From contig OZ316892.1 in assembly GCA_973895155.1 (NCBI GenBank), positions 167,646 through 231,645 on the forward strand: a stretch of 64,000 nucleotides of DNA, read 5' to 3'. Origin of the DNA: Marsupella aquatica (lineage: Eukaryota > Plantae > Marchantiophyta). The notes below the pieces were generated by a model. The model was not told the DNA's origin. It ran no database searches and was given only the letters and a program-made list of their open reading frames with translations. This document shows, piece by piece, positions 35,949 through 48,095 of the stretch (the stretch's first letter is position 1; the number at the start of each line of letters is the position of its first letter). The translations under genes and the position numbers were made by a program.

Positions 35949-36509
35949 TTAAGGGGTCCCTTCACCAGACCAGTAGTACTCCTCATCTGCCTTCCTCTTT
36001 TTGTATGAATCACGCCTATTGCTGGCGTTCCATTTCTTGCGAACCACTGCTTCACCAACCTTCAGCCTTTCAGCCTCAATCTCAACTGCACAGCTTTCCT
36101 TGTAGTCATACATCACAATATCAAGTTCAGTCGGTGACAACTGACATTTAGCCAACTTTGGTGGACAAACCTCACCATCATCATCCTTGGGCGTATCGTC
36201 CAGCATCAAATCGTCCCCTGGATGCAGCAAAAACTCTTCTGGGTCCAACTCCTTATTGCCTAGAATGGAGTACTGTACCCAAAAAATTGAGATGAAATGA
36301 ACGGACTCTGCAAAGTGCTCGATCAATCCAGGATAGTCACTGAAGTGCTCTGTGACTTGTTTCCAAGTATTGGCAAGCAAGTATTCCGTCTTTGAGTTAC
36401 AAAACTTGTCTATCACACCTCCACGACAAAAAAAGCCACGAACAGTCTTGTCTTCTTCACCTAGCGGAAGAAAACAACAGTGGACATCCTTGAATATCTT
36501 ACACACCAT
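35949..36509 (-). CDS. 186-aa hypothetical ORF within the CACTA remnant
   Basis: Uninterrupted ATG-to-stop ORF flanked by ACGT clusters; no recognised domain. Confidence 0.5.
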   Translation of the reverse strand: MVCKIFKDVHCCFLPLGEEDKTVRGFFCRGGVIDKFCNSKTEYLLANTWKQVTEHFSDYPGLIEHFAESVHFISIFWVQYSILGNKELDPEEFLLHPGDDLMLDDTPKDDDGEVCPPKLAKCQLSPTELDIVMYDYKESCAVEIEAERLKVGEAVVRKKWNASNRRDSYKKRKADEEYYWSGEGTP

Positions 36510-37234
36510 AGCTGAAGACTTTCAATCTCACTCTGCAAATTCTGTGCACTATCGTACCCATAGGACATCTGAAATCACGAATGACCTGTGCAGTGAGGTC
36601 CCAGTAGCCTTGCCCCAAAAACTCCCGCAAAAAACCTTACGCATGCCAATTGGATTCCATTAACGTCGTTGCCCACATTGGTCATATACGTCTAACATCG
36701 CCCAACATCCATTATACGTCGTCATAGCATAGTATCCATTATAGCCACGTCTGAAACGACGTACATCTATACGTCGACCCAACCCTATTCTGGTACACCG
36801 TCTGGGACGACGTCTACATGTTTGCCTTGTTATAAAAGACGTTAATAGCCCTATTGGGAGATACGTTAAATTAAAGACCCTCTAGATGACGTAAAATGGG
36901 AAGGAAAGTCAAATGGGTACACCCATTTTGGGTTACGATGTAGAGGGAGATGTACTGGGGGAGTAACGTCGTGTCACATGACGTGAAAGGAAGTCACAAC
37001 GTAGTGAAATGTAGTTGTGGCCTATGTTTGCCCCCGAGTAGACGACACACACGATTGCTACGAGTGAAGGAGATACTTATACAAGAAAGAATAGTTTGGT
37101 TGAATAGCCGACAGATCTGGATTACATCTAGATAGGACTTTCTCTGGCCAATGGGGCTTGCTGGTCTTTAGATCCCTGTGTTTGAGATTGACAGCCTGGT
37201 TTTGGGGCTTTCATCACATGTTGTTGTTGCCGCA

Positions 37235-40200
37235 TGTGGTGCGTCCCATGGCTCCCTAAACCCAAGAAACCCCCCAGCTCAAGCCGATTCCCGCAGGTTT
37301 CGTGCTTGGCGAGGCCGTTTCCGCGGCTTAGCGGCATGGGACGCTGCTAACCTTCTACTACTACTATTAACATTTTACACACATATACTGGACAGATCCT
37401 TCATCGGGTCATGAGATACGTAGCCGGCCTAATATAGGCCTTCCCCTGTCTTCCCCTGTCTTCCCCTCCGTCTTGTTAGGTATGTTTGGATTCCGCCGCC
37501 GGAATGATCCCCAATAGGCTTGGTTAAGCCGCTAAGACCTCTCTCAGCTCAACACATCCAACTCTCACTCCCCTGCTTACTTTCCTTCCTTCTGTTGATG
37601 TGGGCACTCTTCACACAAGTTAATGCGACACACAAATAGCAAAATGACTCATTCTGACTGAGTCATACCATGCACTTGCCATACAAACAGTACATCTCAT
37701 ACACAAGTTCTGCGAACTAAGCCGTGAGGCCAACTCTATTCAGCTCTTAGGCATGAGGAAACATGAATATACACAAGGGTCACTGTATGACTAACCGAGA
37801 GCTTCTCGTACTACTTGATCCCAGCCCGGCTGGTGCAAACTAAAAACTTGCTAAAGAAGAGGCCCTGAGCTCCCCGCTGCCCAGGTACTTATCCTGGTAG
37901 TGGATCCGCCATTCTTTGCAGCGTAAGCCTAATCTACCTGACAGTAATCTACTTGCCCGAATCTACCTATGTACAGCAAGGCAGGAGCACAAGTGTTGCT
38001 CCTACCAGTGGAACCGCAATCCCACTAAGCTAAGTGTCAGGGCCGCTCCTGGTTCTAATCCTAATCCTAAACGTGGAGATCCGCGCCCGCCCTGCCCACT
38101 CACGCCTCCTCCCTCCACGTCCGCCCTCCCTAAAAGGAACGGCGCCCTTGCACCGTCACGACACCGGTGGTGGATCCTCAATGGATGCCCCCAACACTTC
38201 CTCCTCAGCCACTGCCGTTGGCCCGCCTACTGACAGATTACCTGCCCTTGACCGAGTCAACTCTCCATCGGCCTGACTGGGTCCACCTTCGGCTTCAGCC
38301 TCGACACCGGCCTCGGCAATACCCACGGCTTCGGCCTCAGCCACTCCCACGGCTTCGGCTTCAGCCACTCCCTCGGCTTCGGCCTCCCCTTCCCCTAGGG
38401 TAGTTGGATCCTTAGCCGTGACCCTGTCTGGGGTCGGTGCTGGGTCTACCTCCTTGATCACCACGGCCTGTGAAGTCGTATTACTCCTTGACCCTGAAGG
38501 TTTTCGCTTCTTCTTCGTTGGTGGCTCGGCAGCTGGTCCCTTCCCCTTCCCACTTACTTCCGGCACTGGTGCAGTTGACGCGGCTTGTCCTTCGGCAATT
38601 ACCACCCCTGGTAACTGGTTTGTCCCAACGGGAGATGGACCTGCTGCAGCTAAGCATTTAAATACTGCGGCTTGTTTCTTCAGCCGCTCTGTTTGGTTGT
38701 CGGCCCGCCGCTGTAGGTTCTCCATCTTCCTCGTGATTTCCTCCAACTCCTCTTGGGTTTCATCCAGGTCCTTACGTGCCCCCTCCAGCTCGTTTTTGGC
38801 CTCCTCCTGCTCCCTGTGGGCTTCCTCCAATTCCTTCTTCAAGGTAGCCCTCTCCTCCCGGGTTGCTCTTAGCTCCTTGTCGAGCTCTGCAATGATGACA
38901 GACTCCATCTGGTTCATCTTGGCGTAAGTCTGTTCGAGCATCTCGTCCTTCTCCCTTAGGTCGGCCTTGAAGCTGGCCGTCAGGGATGCAAGCTCCTGCT
39001 GCAGCGCCATAATCCCTTGATAGGATTTCCCTAACTCGGCCTCCTTCTGCTCAAGGGCTCCGCGGATTTTCTCGAGCTCCCCCTTCAACGCCCATTCCTT
39101 TCTTTGGGTCTCCGCCATGGCCCGGCTGTTGGCTGTTATGTGGGCCTCCTCTGTATTCTTCAGCTCTTGCTTCCACTTCTCCCTCTCTTTGATCGTGTCG
39201 GCCAACTCTTCCTGCGTCTGAGTCAGTTTATCCTTGATATTCTGATTATCAGCCTGCGCGGTGTCCAACTGCCCCTGCATGATGTTCAGCTCATGTCGTT
39301 TAATCCGCAGTTCATCTTGGGCTTTCTTGGCCGCCCTTAGATCTTCAATCTCGGCTTCCATCCTCCTAAGCCGCCGAATGACCTCGTCCTTCTTGCTTCT
39401 CTCTAAAGCCACCGCTTCTTCTAATTGGTGCTTCTCCAACTGCTCCCTATGGAAAAAGGGTCCTACCTCCAACTCCTCTCCAAAGATGCCGAGCGCAAGT
39501 TCCCCACACATCTCACCATACTCCATGGCTCTATTCTTAGCATAGGTGGAGTAAGTAGAAGTGATCGGCATCGCCCATCGTGGCCTCTGCTCCCACGCTG
39601 TCCTGCGGATCTCTTCAATCGTGGCTAGAGGTTTGCTTCCTTTTTCGGCTAGCCGCCTGATGTCCTCTGGCCAATCTCCTCCTGGTAAATCCTTTTCCTT
39701 AGCCAGGGCGGCCTCCTCCTCCTGCTTGATTCGCTCCTGAAATTCCTGCACTGTCTGTTTTATGCCGTCGAAGCTCGGGGGAGCAACATCTGGTGGGGGA
39801 GACTCAGGGCTACTCTGCTGGTTGGGGTCCCCTCGCACTACCCTTGGAAGTGTGGGGACAAACCGGCCACAGGTCCTTACTCCTGGAACGTGATGGTCCG
39901 ACCCATAGCCGGAATTATCATGGCTGCAGTCCTCCACTGCCTCCTCTACCTCTTGGACGTCCGGCTTCTCCCTCTCCTCTTCGTTGGTAGGAGCTTCAGG
40001 CAATTCTGCCTCAGATTCGGAGCTTGAGGTTCCCACGTACATTCGAACACCTGGCTTGGATTCCGGCCTGATTCTCTCCTTGTCTCCAGCAAAGGGGTTT
40101 TCTCTTGTGAGCCGGTGTAGGCCTACCTCTGTAGTAGTGTCCTGCATTGTTGCCGTTGCCGTTGTTGTTGCCGATGCCGATTTCTTTTCTTTCTCCAGTA

Positions 40201-41894
40201 GTTTCAGCAGACTCTGCATGCCTGGTTGCTGCATCAGCAAGTCCTCCTTCCTGGGCCTAAACACCTGCTCGATCGTAGGACTAACAGGTGGTTGAGGCTT
40301 CTCAGCCAACGGCCTCGGCGTTGGAGCTTCCTCGGGTGCCCTTACCTGCAGGGGAAGTACCGGGGCAAAAGTCTGACCTCTGGCATACCGGCACAACAGC
40401 GGCATGTGATAGCCCAGCCGCGACACGCTCCCCATGCCGATTACCTGCTGCTCCTCCTTTAAGATCTTCTTCAATTGGTTGAGGAGGTACCCGTTGTAGT
40501 CCCGGCTTGGGTCTGGCCTTTCTGCCAGATAGACCTGTGCCTTGCCGATCTCTGCCCTCGGCAAGTTACAATGCATGGTCACCCGCAAGAAGTCGATCAT
40601 CTCTCCTATGTGCGGGTTGGTGCAGGTGTTCCGGAAGAAGCCATTCTTCGTTGATGGCCCGGGGAACGACCGGAACTCCTTGTCAGGCAAGGTCTTCCTG
40701 GTATCAACTTTGGTCTTATTGCCTATCGGCAGGCCAAACACTTCGGCAATTACCTTGGGAGTAAGATAGAAATCCTTCCCATATATCCTCGTGCAATTGG
40801 TCTCGGGTTCCCATGACCCCACGAATTCTAATAGGTCTGACTTCGGTACCTCCGGTTTCAGCCATGGTAATCTTACAAAGGCCTCCAAGCCGGATCCGGC
40901 CATGAAGCCTTGGTACTTCTTGGTCTGCATGGCCGTAAAGCATGCATCCTCCTCCCGTGCAAAATGTAGTTGCACCTCCACCGGTAGGGTTGCCGCCCAG
41001 CCCTTCCAGGTGTCATCCCTGGTTGGAATGGCCTTGATGGGATCGACCTCCTCCTCTTCGGCTTCTCCCTGCCTCCTGCTCTGCTGCTCGGCTGGCTTCT
41101 TTGGTGCCGCCGACCTCGTTCTTTTTGCCGGGGTGGCTTCATCGTTGACGGCTCCCTTCCTCTTCATCTCTGCTGCCGTGGAGGTTTCTCCTAGCACCGT
41201 TGCCTGGGTCCACCTTTCCGTGCTACCCTTTAATTCCTAGTGTATGTCGTTGCAGTTCTTGATGGCCTCTCGGATGCCGACGACGCTGTCTTTGCAAAAC
41301 AGAAGATCGTCGAGTTGATTGGAAGTAGGCGTCCACAGGAACTCGTCCTTGATGAGTTCGCCTCCTAAGAAAGCCGTCTTCTACAGCTCCCACAATCGAG
41401 CGAGCTCCTGCCGTTCTCGAGCTGCCCTTTCTGACTCCTCGTCCTTGTAAGTCTTGATGTACTCAGTTGCCCGTTCGAACAGGCATCCCCAGAAATGTGC
41501 CGCTTGATTGACGTTGCTCATACCCTCCTTAGGTCGATCGTCGGTATCTACTCTCTCCCCGAGTGCTTGCCTAAGCAGTTGACAGTAGTTGGCCTCCCGT
41601 AGTCGTCTGCCTAGTTCGTGCTCGCAAATGAGCCACCATCTCCTGCAAGCGCTCCTTACCCCTCTCCTCTGCCGGTCCTTCTTCCCGTTGATCCTTCCTA
41701 GCCGCCGACGCTTAACGCGCCCTAACCCTAATCGGGTTTTCACCCTTAGCCTTACCTCCGGCCTCGGCCCGGGTTCCATGGTTGCCCCTAATTGTTTATA
41801 TTTTCCTTGTTTTGTCACTATACTAAGGTGTTCCTAGGGTGCCTTCCTGCTTTACCCACTTAACCGGCCGAGTGATTCCTGTCTAGGCATCACA
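37235..41894 (-). repeat. Family A 3' LTR (4,660 bp)
   Basis: Direct repeat of 48119-52787; preceded on the minus strand by PPT-like AAGTGGGGAG. Confidence 0.95.
38156..41779 (-). pseudogene. LTR-encoded 1,207-codon ORF, copy 2
   Basis: One frame with two TAG stops (41381, 41238); 1,013-aa open remainder. Confidence 0.88.
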
Positions 41895-44800
41895 TAGCTC
41901 CCCACTTAATTGTGAAGCGTCCTCGCGAACAACTTCATCTTCGTCCATATAGTATTTCTTGAGGCGGTCATAATGGATGCGAACTGGATATACCTCTCCC
42001 GTAATGTTGGCCAATTGTACGGAGCCATTGGGGAACATCATGGTTACTCTAAAGGGTCCTAACCAGCGAGTGTAAAGCTTTCCTGGAAACCTACTATACC
42101 TACTGTCATAAAGTAGCACAAGATCACCGGTATGAATACTAACTACTTTTAACCTTTTATCATACTGCTGCTTCATGATATTCTGTCTATATTCTACTCT
42201 CTCGGCTGAAATCATTCTCGCTTCCTGTAAAGCTTCTAACCTATATTCTCGCTCCTTTAGGCTCTCCTCCGCTGAGGCTCTTTCCTCAATTGTAACTTGA
42301 AATGTCGGTATCTCAAGTTGCATGGGTACCAGGGCTTCTTGTCCAAAGGTTAAGAAGAAGGGTGTATGACCGGTAGTGGATTTATAGGCAAGATTGTAAG
42401 CAAAAACAGCAGCAAACAATTTATCATCCCAATCGAGTTTGTTCTGAGCTACTGTCTTGTTCAATATCTTTCCTATGATTCCGTTTGCTCGTTCTGTCAA
42501 CCCGTTTGCCTTTGGATGGTAGGGAGTAGTAGGCCTATGTTTAACTAAATACTGCTCATTTAAACGACTAATTATATCATTCAAAAAATGGGTTCCTCTA
42601 TCACTAACTAATTCTAGGGGTGCTCCATACCTGGTGAAGATCTGCTCATACATGAATCTAGCCGTAGTAATTGCATCATCCTTCGTTGTTGGTCTGGCCT
42701 CTACCCATTTAGTTGCATAATCCGTAGCCAGGATTATGTACTTGTTCCGTCGAGGGTGGGTCAGTGGTTTCAGAGGTCCAATGTAATCAATACCCCACTT
42801 CTCGAATGGTGCCAGAGGTAGAATAGGGTGCAGTGGATGCCTGGTGGACGCCCTTGGTCCTCCCGCTCGTTGACAAGGATCGCATTGTTTGATAAACTGA
42901 TAGACATCTTTGTGCAAGGTGGGCCACCAGTAACCGGCATTTAATATCTTCTTAGACGTGGTTACTGGGGCAAAATGTCCTCCGGCCTCCTCTCCATGCA
43001 TGGCCCGTAGGACTCGTTTTACCTCTCTCTTTTCCAAACATCTTTGAATCGTGCCGTTGATTCCATGCTTGTGCAGTATGCCTTTAATGCACTGATACTG
43101 TCTGACCTTCCGCACAAAGACTGCGGCTTGCTCTCGGCTTAATCCTGGCTGTAATCTGGAAGTGCTGAGAAATTGTAAAATCTCAGGGTACCATGTACCA
43201 GCTATTTCCACAACGAATAGCTCCTCGTCGGGGAATCGATCATCGATGCAATCCGTGACAGGTTTACCTGTGATCCTTGAAAAGAAGTCGGCATTGGCAT
43301 GTAACTTTCCCGGCTTGATCCTCAGCTCATAGTCAAACTCCTGTAATAGCAAAATCCATCTTGCTACTCTGCCTGTAAGGTCCGGCTTATTGACTAGGTA
43401 CTTCAAACTTTCATGATCAGTATGAAAGATTACCTTGTACCCTAGTAAATAATGCCTAAACTTTTTACAAGAATAAATGACTCCTAATGCTTCTCTTTCC
43501 GTGGTAGAGTAGTTCCGTTCGGCATCGGCAAGCTGACGGCTTGCGAAGTATATGGGATGGTCCCTTCCTTTCTCATCCAACTGACTTAGTACTGAGCCAA
43601 TACAGAAGCCCGAGACATCTACAAAAACATGAAAATCTTTGTTCCAGTCCGGTGCTATCATGACTGGGGCCTCTACTAACATCTGCTTCAATTCTACCAC
43701 CGCTGTGACTCGTTCGGGTGTGGGTTCGAAGTCTGCTCCTGCCTTGAGCATATTGGTTAATGGTAAAGCTAGCTTGGCAAAATCCTTGATGAACCGGCGA
43801 TAGTAACCAATGCATCCCAAGAAGGATCTTACATCCTTTATGTTCTTAGGTTGCATGATATCTAGCCATATTGCTAGCTTACCTTTGTCAATCTCAATGC
43901 CCTTCCTTGATACCTTGTGACCTAGTAGCACCCCCTCGGTTACTGCAAAAAAACATTTATCTGGGTGTAACTTGAGACCCACCTCTCTACATCTCATGAA
44001 GGTTTTCCTGAGGTATTTAGCATGTTTCGATGCCTTCCCGAATACTGCAAAGTCATCAATGAAGATTTCCATGAACTTTCTCAAGTAATCATGAAAAATG
44101 TTCACCATTAATCGTTGGAACATAGCTGGTGCGTTGCAGAGTCCAAACGGCATACGATTGAAGACATAGATCCCCCATTCCGTGATGAAGGCCGTCTTGA
44201 TTTGGTCTTCCTGCCGAATCCTGATTTGGTTATAACCAGAGTATCCATCCATGAATGAATATAGTTCATGACTGGCTACCATGTCTAGTACCATATCAGT
44301 AAACGGTAAAGGAAAATGGTCTTTTAATGTTGCTTCATTCAGCTTCCTATAATCCTGACAAACCCGGATCTTGGGTTTACCATCGGGTCCAGCTTTCTTG
44401 GGAACTATCACAATTGGAGACACCCAGTCTGCTTGCAGGACTGGAGTGATGAATCCAGCTTCCACTAGTTTGTCGATTTCTGTTTTGACCAGCAGGGAAT
44501 ACTTCGGGTTCATCCTTCGAATTGGTTGTCGAAATGATTTGGCTCCTAACATGAGATCAATTCGATGTTCCCCTAGTGTTGGATCTACTCCCTTTAGATC
44601 TTGGTGACTCCATGCAAACACATCCTGAAATTCAATCAATAAGTCACTGATCTCTTTCTCGAGCTCAGGTGCTAGGTTTCTCCCTAAGTTCAGTTCTCTT
44701 CCCTCTCCTAAGTCGAGCTTCCGATATTGCCGTGCTTGGATCATATTAATCTGCTTCTTCAAATTCGGGTCCAGTTCGGCTTCCAGTCTCTCTAATCTCA

Positions 44801-45149
44801 TACCTCCATAAATTGGGATCTCGGCTGGACTAGCCGAGTCGGTCCCTTCCTTGGTGTCCATAGATTGTCCCCTTACCGGTCTATTCGGTTTTGAATTAGT
44901 GGTCGGCTCCCCTTCCTGCCTTGGCTTTGGATCGTGTCTGTCCATCTCATCCACCTCTTGCTCCTGAGAGTTAGGCCGCTGTGCTCTCTCAGCTTCTAAT
45001 AGGGCCTCAATTTGTTCTGCCCTCGTAATCGGCTTGTATGCCGATCCCTTGGTATTTAATTCCTTGCCGATGATCGATGGCGTTGTGAACCCTACCGGCT
45101 CTGCCACAACGCCTGCAGAAAATCCACTGTCCCTGCTACTGCTCCCCAC
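41883..45149 (-). CDS. pol: Pol (RT, RNase H, integrase), intact
   Basis: RVCQDYRKLN, DGYSGYNQI, MPFGL, FIDD, RNYSTTEREALG, integrase H-H-C-C, WGIDYIGP, SDRGTHF, WLGPF; stop codon lies in the first 12 nt of the 3' LTR. Confidence 0.97.
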   Translation of the reverse strand: MGSSSRDSGFSAGVVAEPVGFTTPSIIGKELNTKGSAYKPITRAEQIEALLEAERAQRPNSQEQEVDEMDRHDPKPRQEGEPTTNSKPNRPVRGQSMDTKEGTDSASPAEIPIYGGMRLERLEAELDPNLKKQINMIQARQYRKLDLGEGRELNLGRNLAPELEKEISDLLIEFQDVFAWSHQDLKGVDPTLGEHRIDLMLGAKSFRQPIRRMNPKYSLLVKTEIDKLVEAGFITPVLQADWVSPIVIVPKKAGPDGKPKIRVCQDYRKLNEATLKDHFPLPFTDMVLDMVASHELYSFMDGYSGYNQIRIRQEDQIKTAFITEWGIYVFNRMPFGLCNAPAMFQRLMVNIFHDYLRKFMEIFIDDFAVFGKASKHAKYLRKTFMRCREVGLKLHPDKCFFAVTEGVLLGHKVSRKGIEIDKGKLAIWLDIMQPKNIKDVRSFLGCIGYYRRFIKDFAKLALPLTNMLKAGADFEPTPERVTAVVELKQMLVEAPVMIAPDWNKDFHVFVDVSGFCIGSVLSQLDEKGRDHPIYFASRQLADAERNYSTTEREALGVIYSCKKFRHYLLGYKVIFHTDHESLKYLVNKPDLTGRVARWILLLQEFDYELRIKPGKLHANADFFSRITGKPVTDCIDDRFPDEELFVVEIAGTWYPEILQFLSTSRLQPGLSREQAAVFVRKVRQYQCIKGILHKHGINGTIQRCLEKREVKRVLRAMHGEEAGGHFAPVTTSKKILNAGYWWPTLHKDVYQFIKQCDPCQRAGGPRASTRHPLHPILPLAPFEKWGIDYIGPLKPLTHPRRNKYIILATDYATKWVEARPTTKDDAITTARFMYEQIFTRYGAPLELVSDRGTHFLNDIISRLNEQYLVKHRPTTPYHPKANGLTERANGIIGKILNKTVAQNKLDWDDKLFAAVFAYNLAYKSTTGHTPFFLTFGQEALVPMQLEIPTFQVTIEERASAEESLKEREYRLEALQEARMISAERVEYRQNIMKQQYDKRLKVVSIHTGDLVLLYDSRYSRFPGKLYTRWLGPFRVTMMFPNGSVQLANITGEVYPVRIHYDRLKKYYMDEDEVVREDASQLSGELCDA
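45079..45125 (-). promoter_or_regulatory. Putative -1 ribosomal frameshift signal (G GAU UUU + 5-nt spacer + 9-bp stem)
   Basis: Heptamer GGATTTT (45125-45119) is correctly phased in the 58-nt gag-pro/pol overlap; GGCGTTGTG/CACAACGCC perfect stem. Confidence 0.75.
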
Positions 45150-47857
45150 TTAGCCGTTTCATCCAATTGGTCTACATCCTTTACTTCCTCTGGAATTGCA
45201 GCTAAAAAGGTGGATTCTATTGTAAAGCAGTCCTCGACCTCTTCGTCTTCTTCTTCCAAGTCACCTTCTATTGGTTCTTGCCATAATCCGCTGGGGGGTA
45301 CCTCTGGTCCAAAGACACCTTCTTCGGTTAGGTTAGTGAGGCATTCTAACCAACGTACTTCATCGGCTGACTCCAGTCCACTGTCGTACCCATCTACTTC
45401 CCTTATGCTTTTCCTACGGTCATCCTTAGTGTCCCAGGATACTGTGATAGAGGGGGTCCCGAAAGTGAACTGCTTTTTACCCCAATCTTCTATTACCTCG
45501 GCTAGGTACAGCCATGGCCTACCAATCAATAGCCGGAATGACGTAGGATTTACCGGCTTCATTACTACATAGTTAATGCTAAAGAAGATACCTCCTATCT
45601 CTGTCTTGATGCCGGTTAACACTCCCGTAGGAATGACCTGATATCCATTGGCCATGTTCAACACTCTTCCAGTCATCTCCGGTGTTAGACCCCACCCTTT
45701 TGCTGTTGAATCAATCATAATACATACCCCTGATCCTCCATCGATGGGTACCCGTAGTAATAATTCTCCTTGAATCATTAATGGTAATGCTGGGGCTCCT
45801 TGATCTTCTTCTATCATTAGTATGTCGGATCTGGTTGCTACCTTGGGTAATCTCGGCTTGCTGAGAATAGCCTTCCTTAATTGCTTCCGGAAGTACGGGC
45901 TATTTTTCAATAGTTGACCTACTGTTGCCGAGACTCTAGATTCTAGTACATCTTTAGCCAGGTCATAGGGAACAATCGGCTTCTCCTCTGGTGGTGTTTC
46001 CGTCTTGGATTCGGCCAGTTTTGCCACGCTAGTCTCCACAGCTGTTGGGTCTTCCGAAGCAAACAATGCTTTTGCTCGTTTTACATCTTTGGCAATGGCT
46101 TCGGTATTCTCCAGGGTTTCTAATTCTCTTAGTTGTTCCTTAACACTAGCCGTAACAGAGGGGTAGAACAACTTAGGATGATCTCGATTGAAGTCGCTAT
46201 CTTGTGAAGGATTGGTTTCACTGGTGGGCTCATGGCTTACCTGTATTGCCGGAGCCCTCCCTTCTCCTTCTGTTGATGTTGACGAAGAGTCGATCCTTTC
46301 CTCCGTAACCTTCCCTTTATTTTTGGCCAGCCCATCCCACCTTTCCTTCCTTCTGGTAGATCGAGTAGAGACCCGGTAGCAATCATGATCTAAATCCTCC
46401 TCTGAGAAGGTTGATAGGGCTTCGGCCTCATCATCAGATGGTACGAACTCTGCCTCGGCATCCTCTTGCCATCCTAGTTTGATGTGGTTGATTTGAACTC
46501 CTCCGGGGGTAGTACCTGGCGGTAAGATCTTGATCGGCAAAAGCTTATGATTTGCGGCTAGGCCTGCCAACCAAGTAGGACATTGCCCTAGCATATGACC
46601 TTCCTGTCGGCATCCCATACATAGCTGAGCTGGTTGTCCATCACCCTGTTTGCGTGCATTCGGGCATTCTCTAGCAAAATGGCCAGGTTGACCACAATTA
46701 TAGCACGCCGCAAATCTTTGCACATTCGGCCTAGGAGGTACTGACGGGTTCTAAATAATCCGAGGATACATCTCTCCTGGATTGTTCCTTAACCCTGACC
46801 ACAGAGATGCAGGTCTGTTGGATAGGTCTCGTGCTCCAATCTCACTGATGCCGAAAACACTATCAGCGGCATCTCCCAAAAAGTACTCTACTTCTCCCTG
46901 ACATGGTCTGATCTCGGCCACATGCCGAACATGATTAGTATTAAGCTTAGGACACGCATCTTTATGGTGTCCGGTTTTATAACATAAGGCACACCATACA
47001 GAGCTATCCTCCTGTACTACCTTCTTCTTTGGTTTTACCTCTGCAATGATAGCCTTAAGTTGCTCGGTAAGGGCTACGATGTTATCTGGTGGCTTAGCCT
47101 CCATCTTGACTTTCGTCTTCCCTCTCCTTCTGCCCTTCCTTTTCCTAGTTTTTTCTTCTTCAGAACTAGAAGATGACTCACTCTTGCTACTCCCACTATC
47201 CGAGCTTGACTTATCACTTCTAGACTTCTTGGGATGTTTCTTCTTCTTATCTTTTTTCTTATGGGGTGATCCCTCCTCTGATGAGGAACTCTCAGACTTA
47301 AGCTGTTTCTTCCGGCTTGTGATATCTGCATTAATGTATAATTGAATATCCTTAATTGCTTCGGCTAAAGTCTCCGGGTTCTCCTTCCTAATTGCAAAAC
47401 TCATCTTCTGTGGCAAAGCATTCACCAACCATTGAAGTTGCATACCTTCAGATGCATTGGTCTTTGTACGTCTTACCAGTTTCTGAAAGCGTTGCAAGAA
47501 CTTCCTGAAGGATTTGTTCTCCTTGAACCGAAGTTGTCCCAACTTCAGCACTGCTAGTTCTGAAGTTCCAATGGGTCGAAACTCCTTAACAAAGAGTGTT
47601 TTGAAGATATCCCAGATGGCTTGATCTTCCACATCTAATGCTCTGTACCAAGGCCTAGCCTCACCCTTGAACAGGCCGGGAAGAATCTGCATCTTGATGG
47701 CCGATTCTCCATTTGCTGCAGCGGTTCCCTCGAAATCATCCAACCATTCGTCCGGATCCTCATCTCCTCTCCCATGAAATGCCTTGTAATGTATGCGCGA
47801 CCGCTGGCTCAATCTGGTCCCTGGCCTCTCGTCTGGCCGTGCCTCTGGTTCCCCCAT
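45092..47857 (-). CDS. gag: Gag-protease, one frame with an internal TAG at 46751
   Basis: Retrotrans_gag FHGRGDEDPDEWLDDF, CCHC knuckles CYNCGQPGHFAREC and CMGCRQEGHMLGQC, protease PIDGGSGVCIM..LLIGRPWL. ORFs 46751-47857 and 45092-46723 are in frame. May extend to ATG 48049 through two TGA codons. Confidence 0.9.
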
Positions 47858-48095
47858 GTCGGTTGGAGACTCACTTCTCCTTACCGACTCTTCTTCTGGT
47901 ATGTCTTCTTCGACGCCACTTCCAGTTTCGGAGCTACCAGCTCTTTCTGCCCCTCTCAGTCGCTGTGTATCATGCCACCCGGCGAGCTGCTGCAGTCAAG
48001 CTCTCTCCCTTTGAATCACTCATTCTTCCCTCGGTGTAAGGTCAGTCATTACCTACGCTTCCGTTCTAACTTCATATCTCACGGCTTAAGAAATG

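Larger units (their letters stand above)
32340..37020. mobile_element. Rearranged CACTA (En/Spm) transposon remnant
   Basis: DUF4216-like TnpD C-terminus, TnpA-like fragments, four ACGT-motif clusters; termini not established. Confidence 0.6.

Noticed and set aside
36996-37020. GTAGTG as the right CACTA terminal inverted repeat
   Set aside because: No matching left terminus or 3-bp TSD found; it may be part of the ACGT cluster.
38156-41779. LTR ORF as a retroviral-type envelope gene
   Set aside because: No signal peptide or hydrophobic transmembrane segment is visible; the protein is charged with NLS-like patches.
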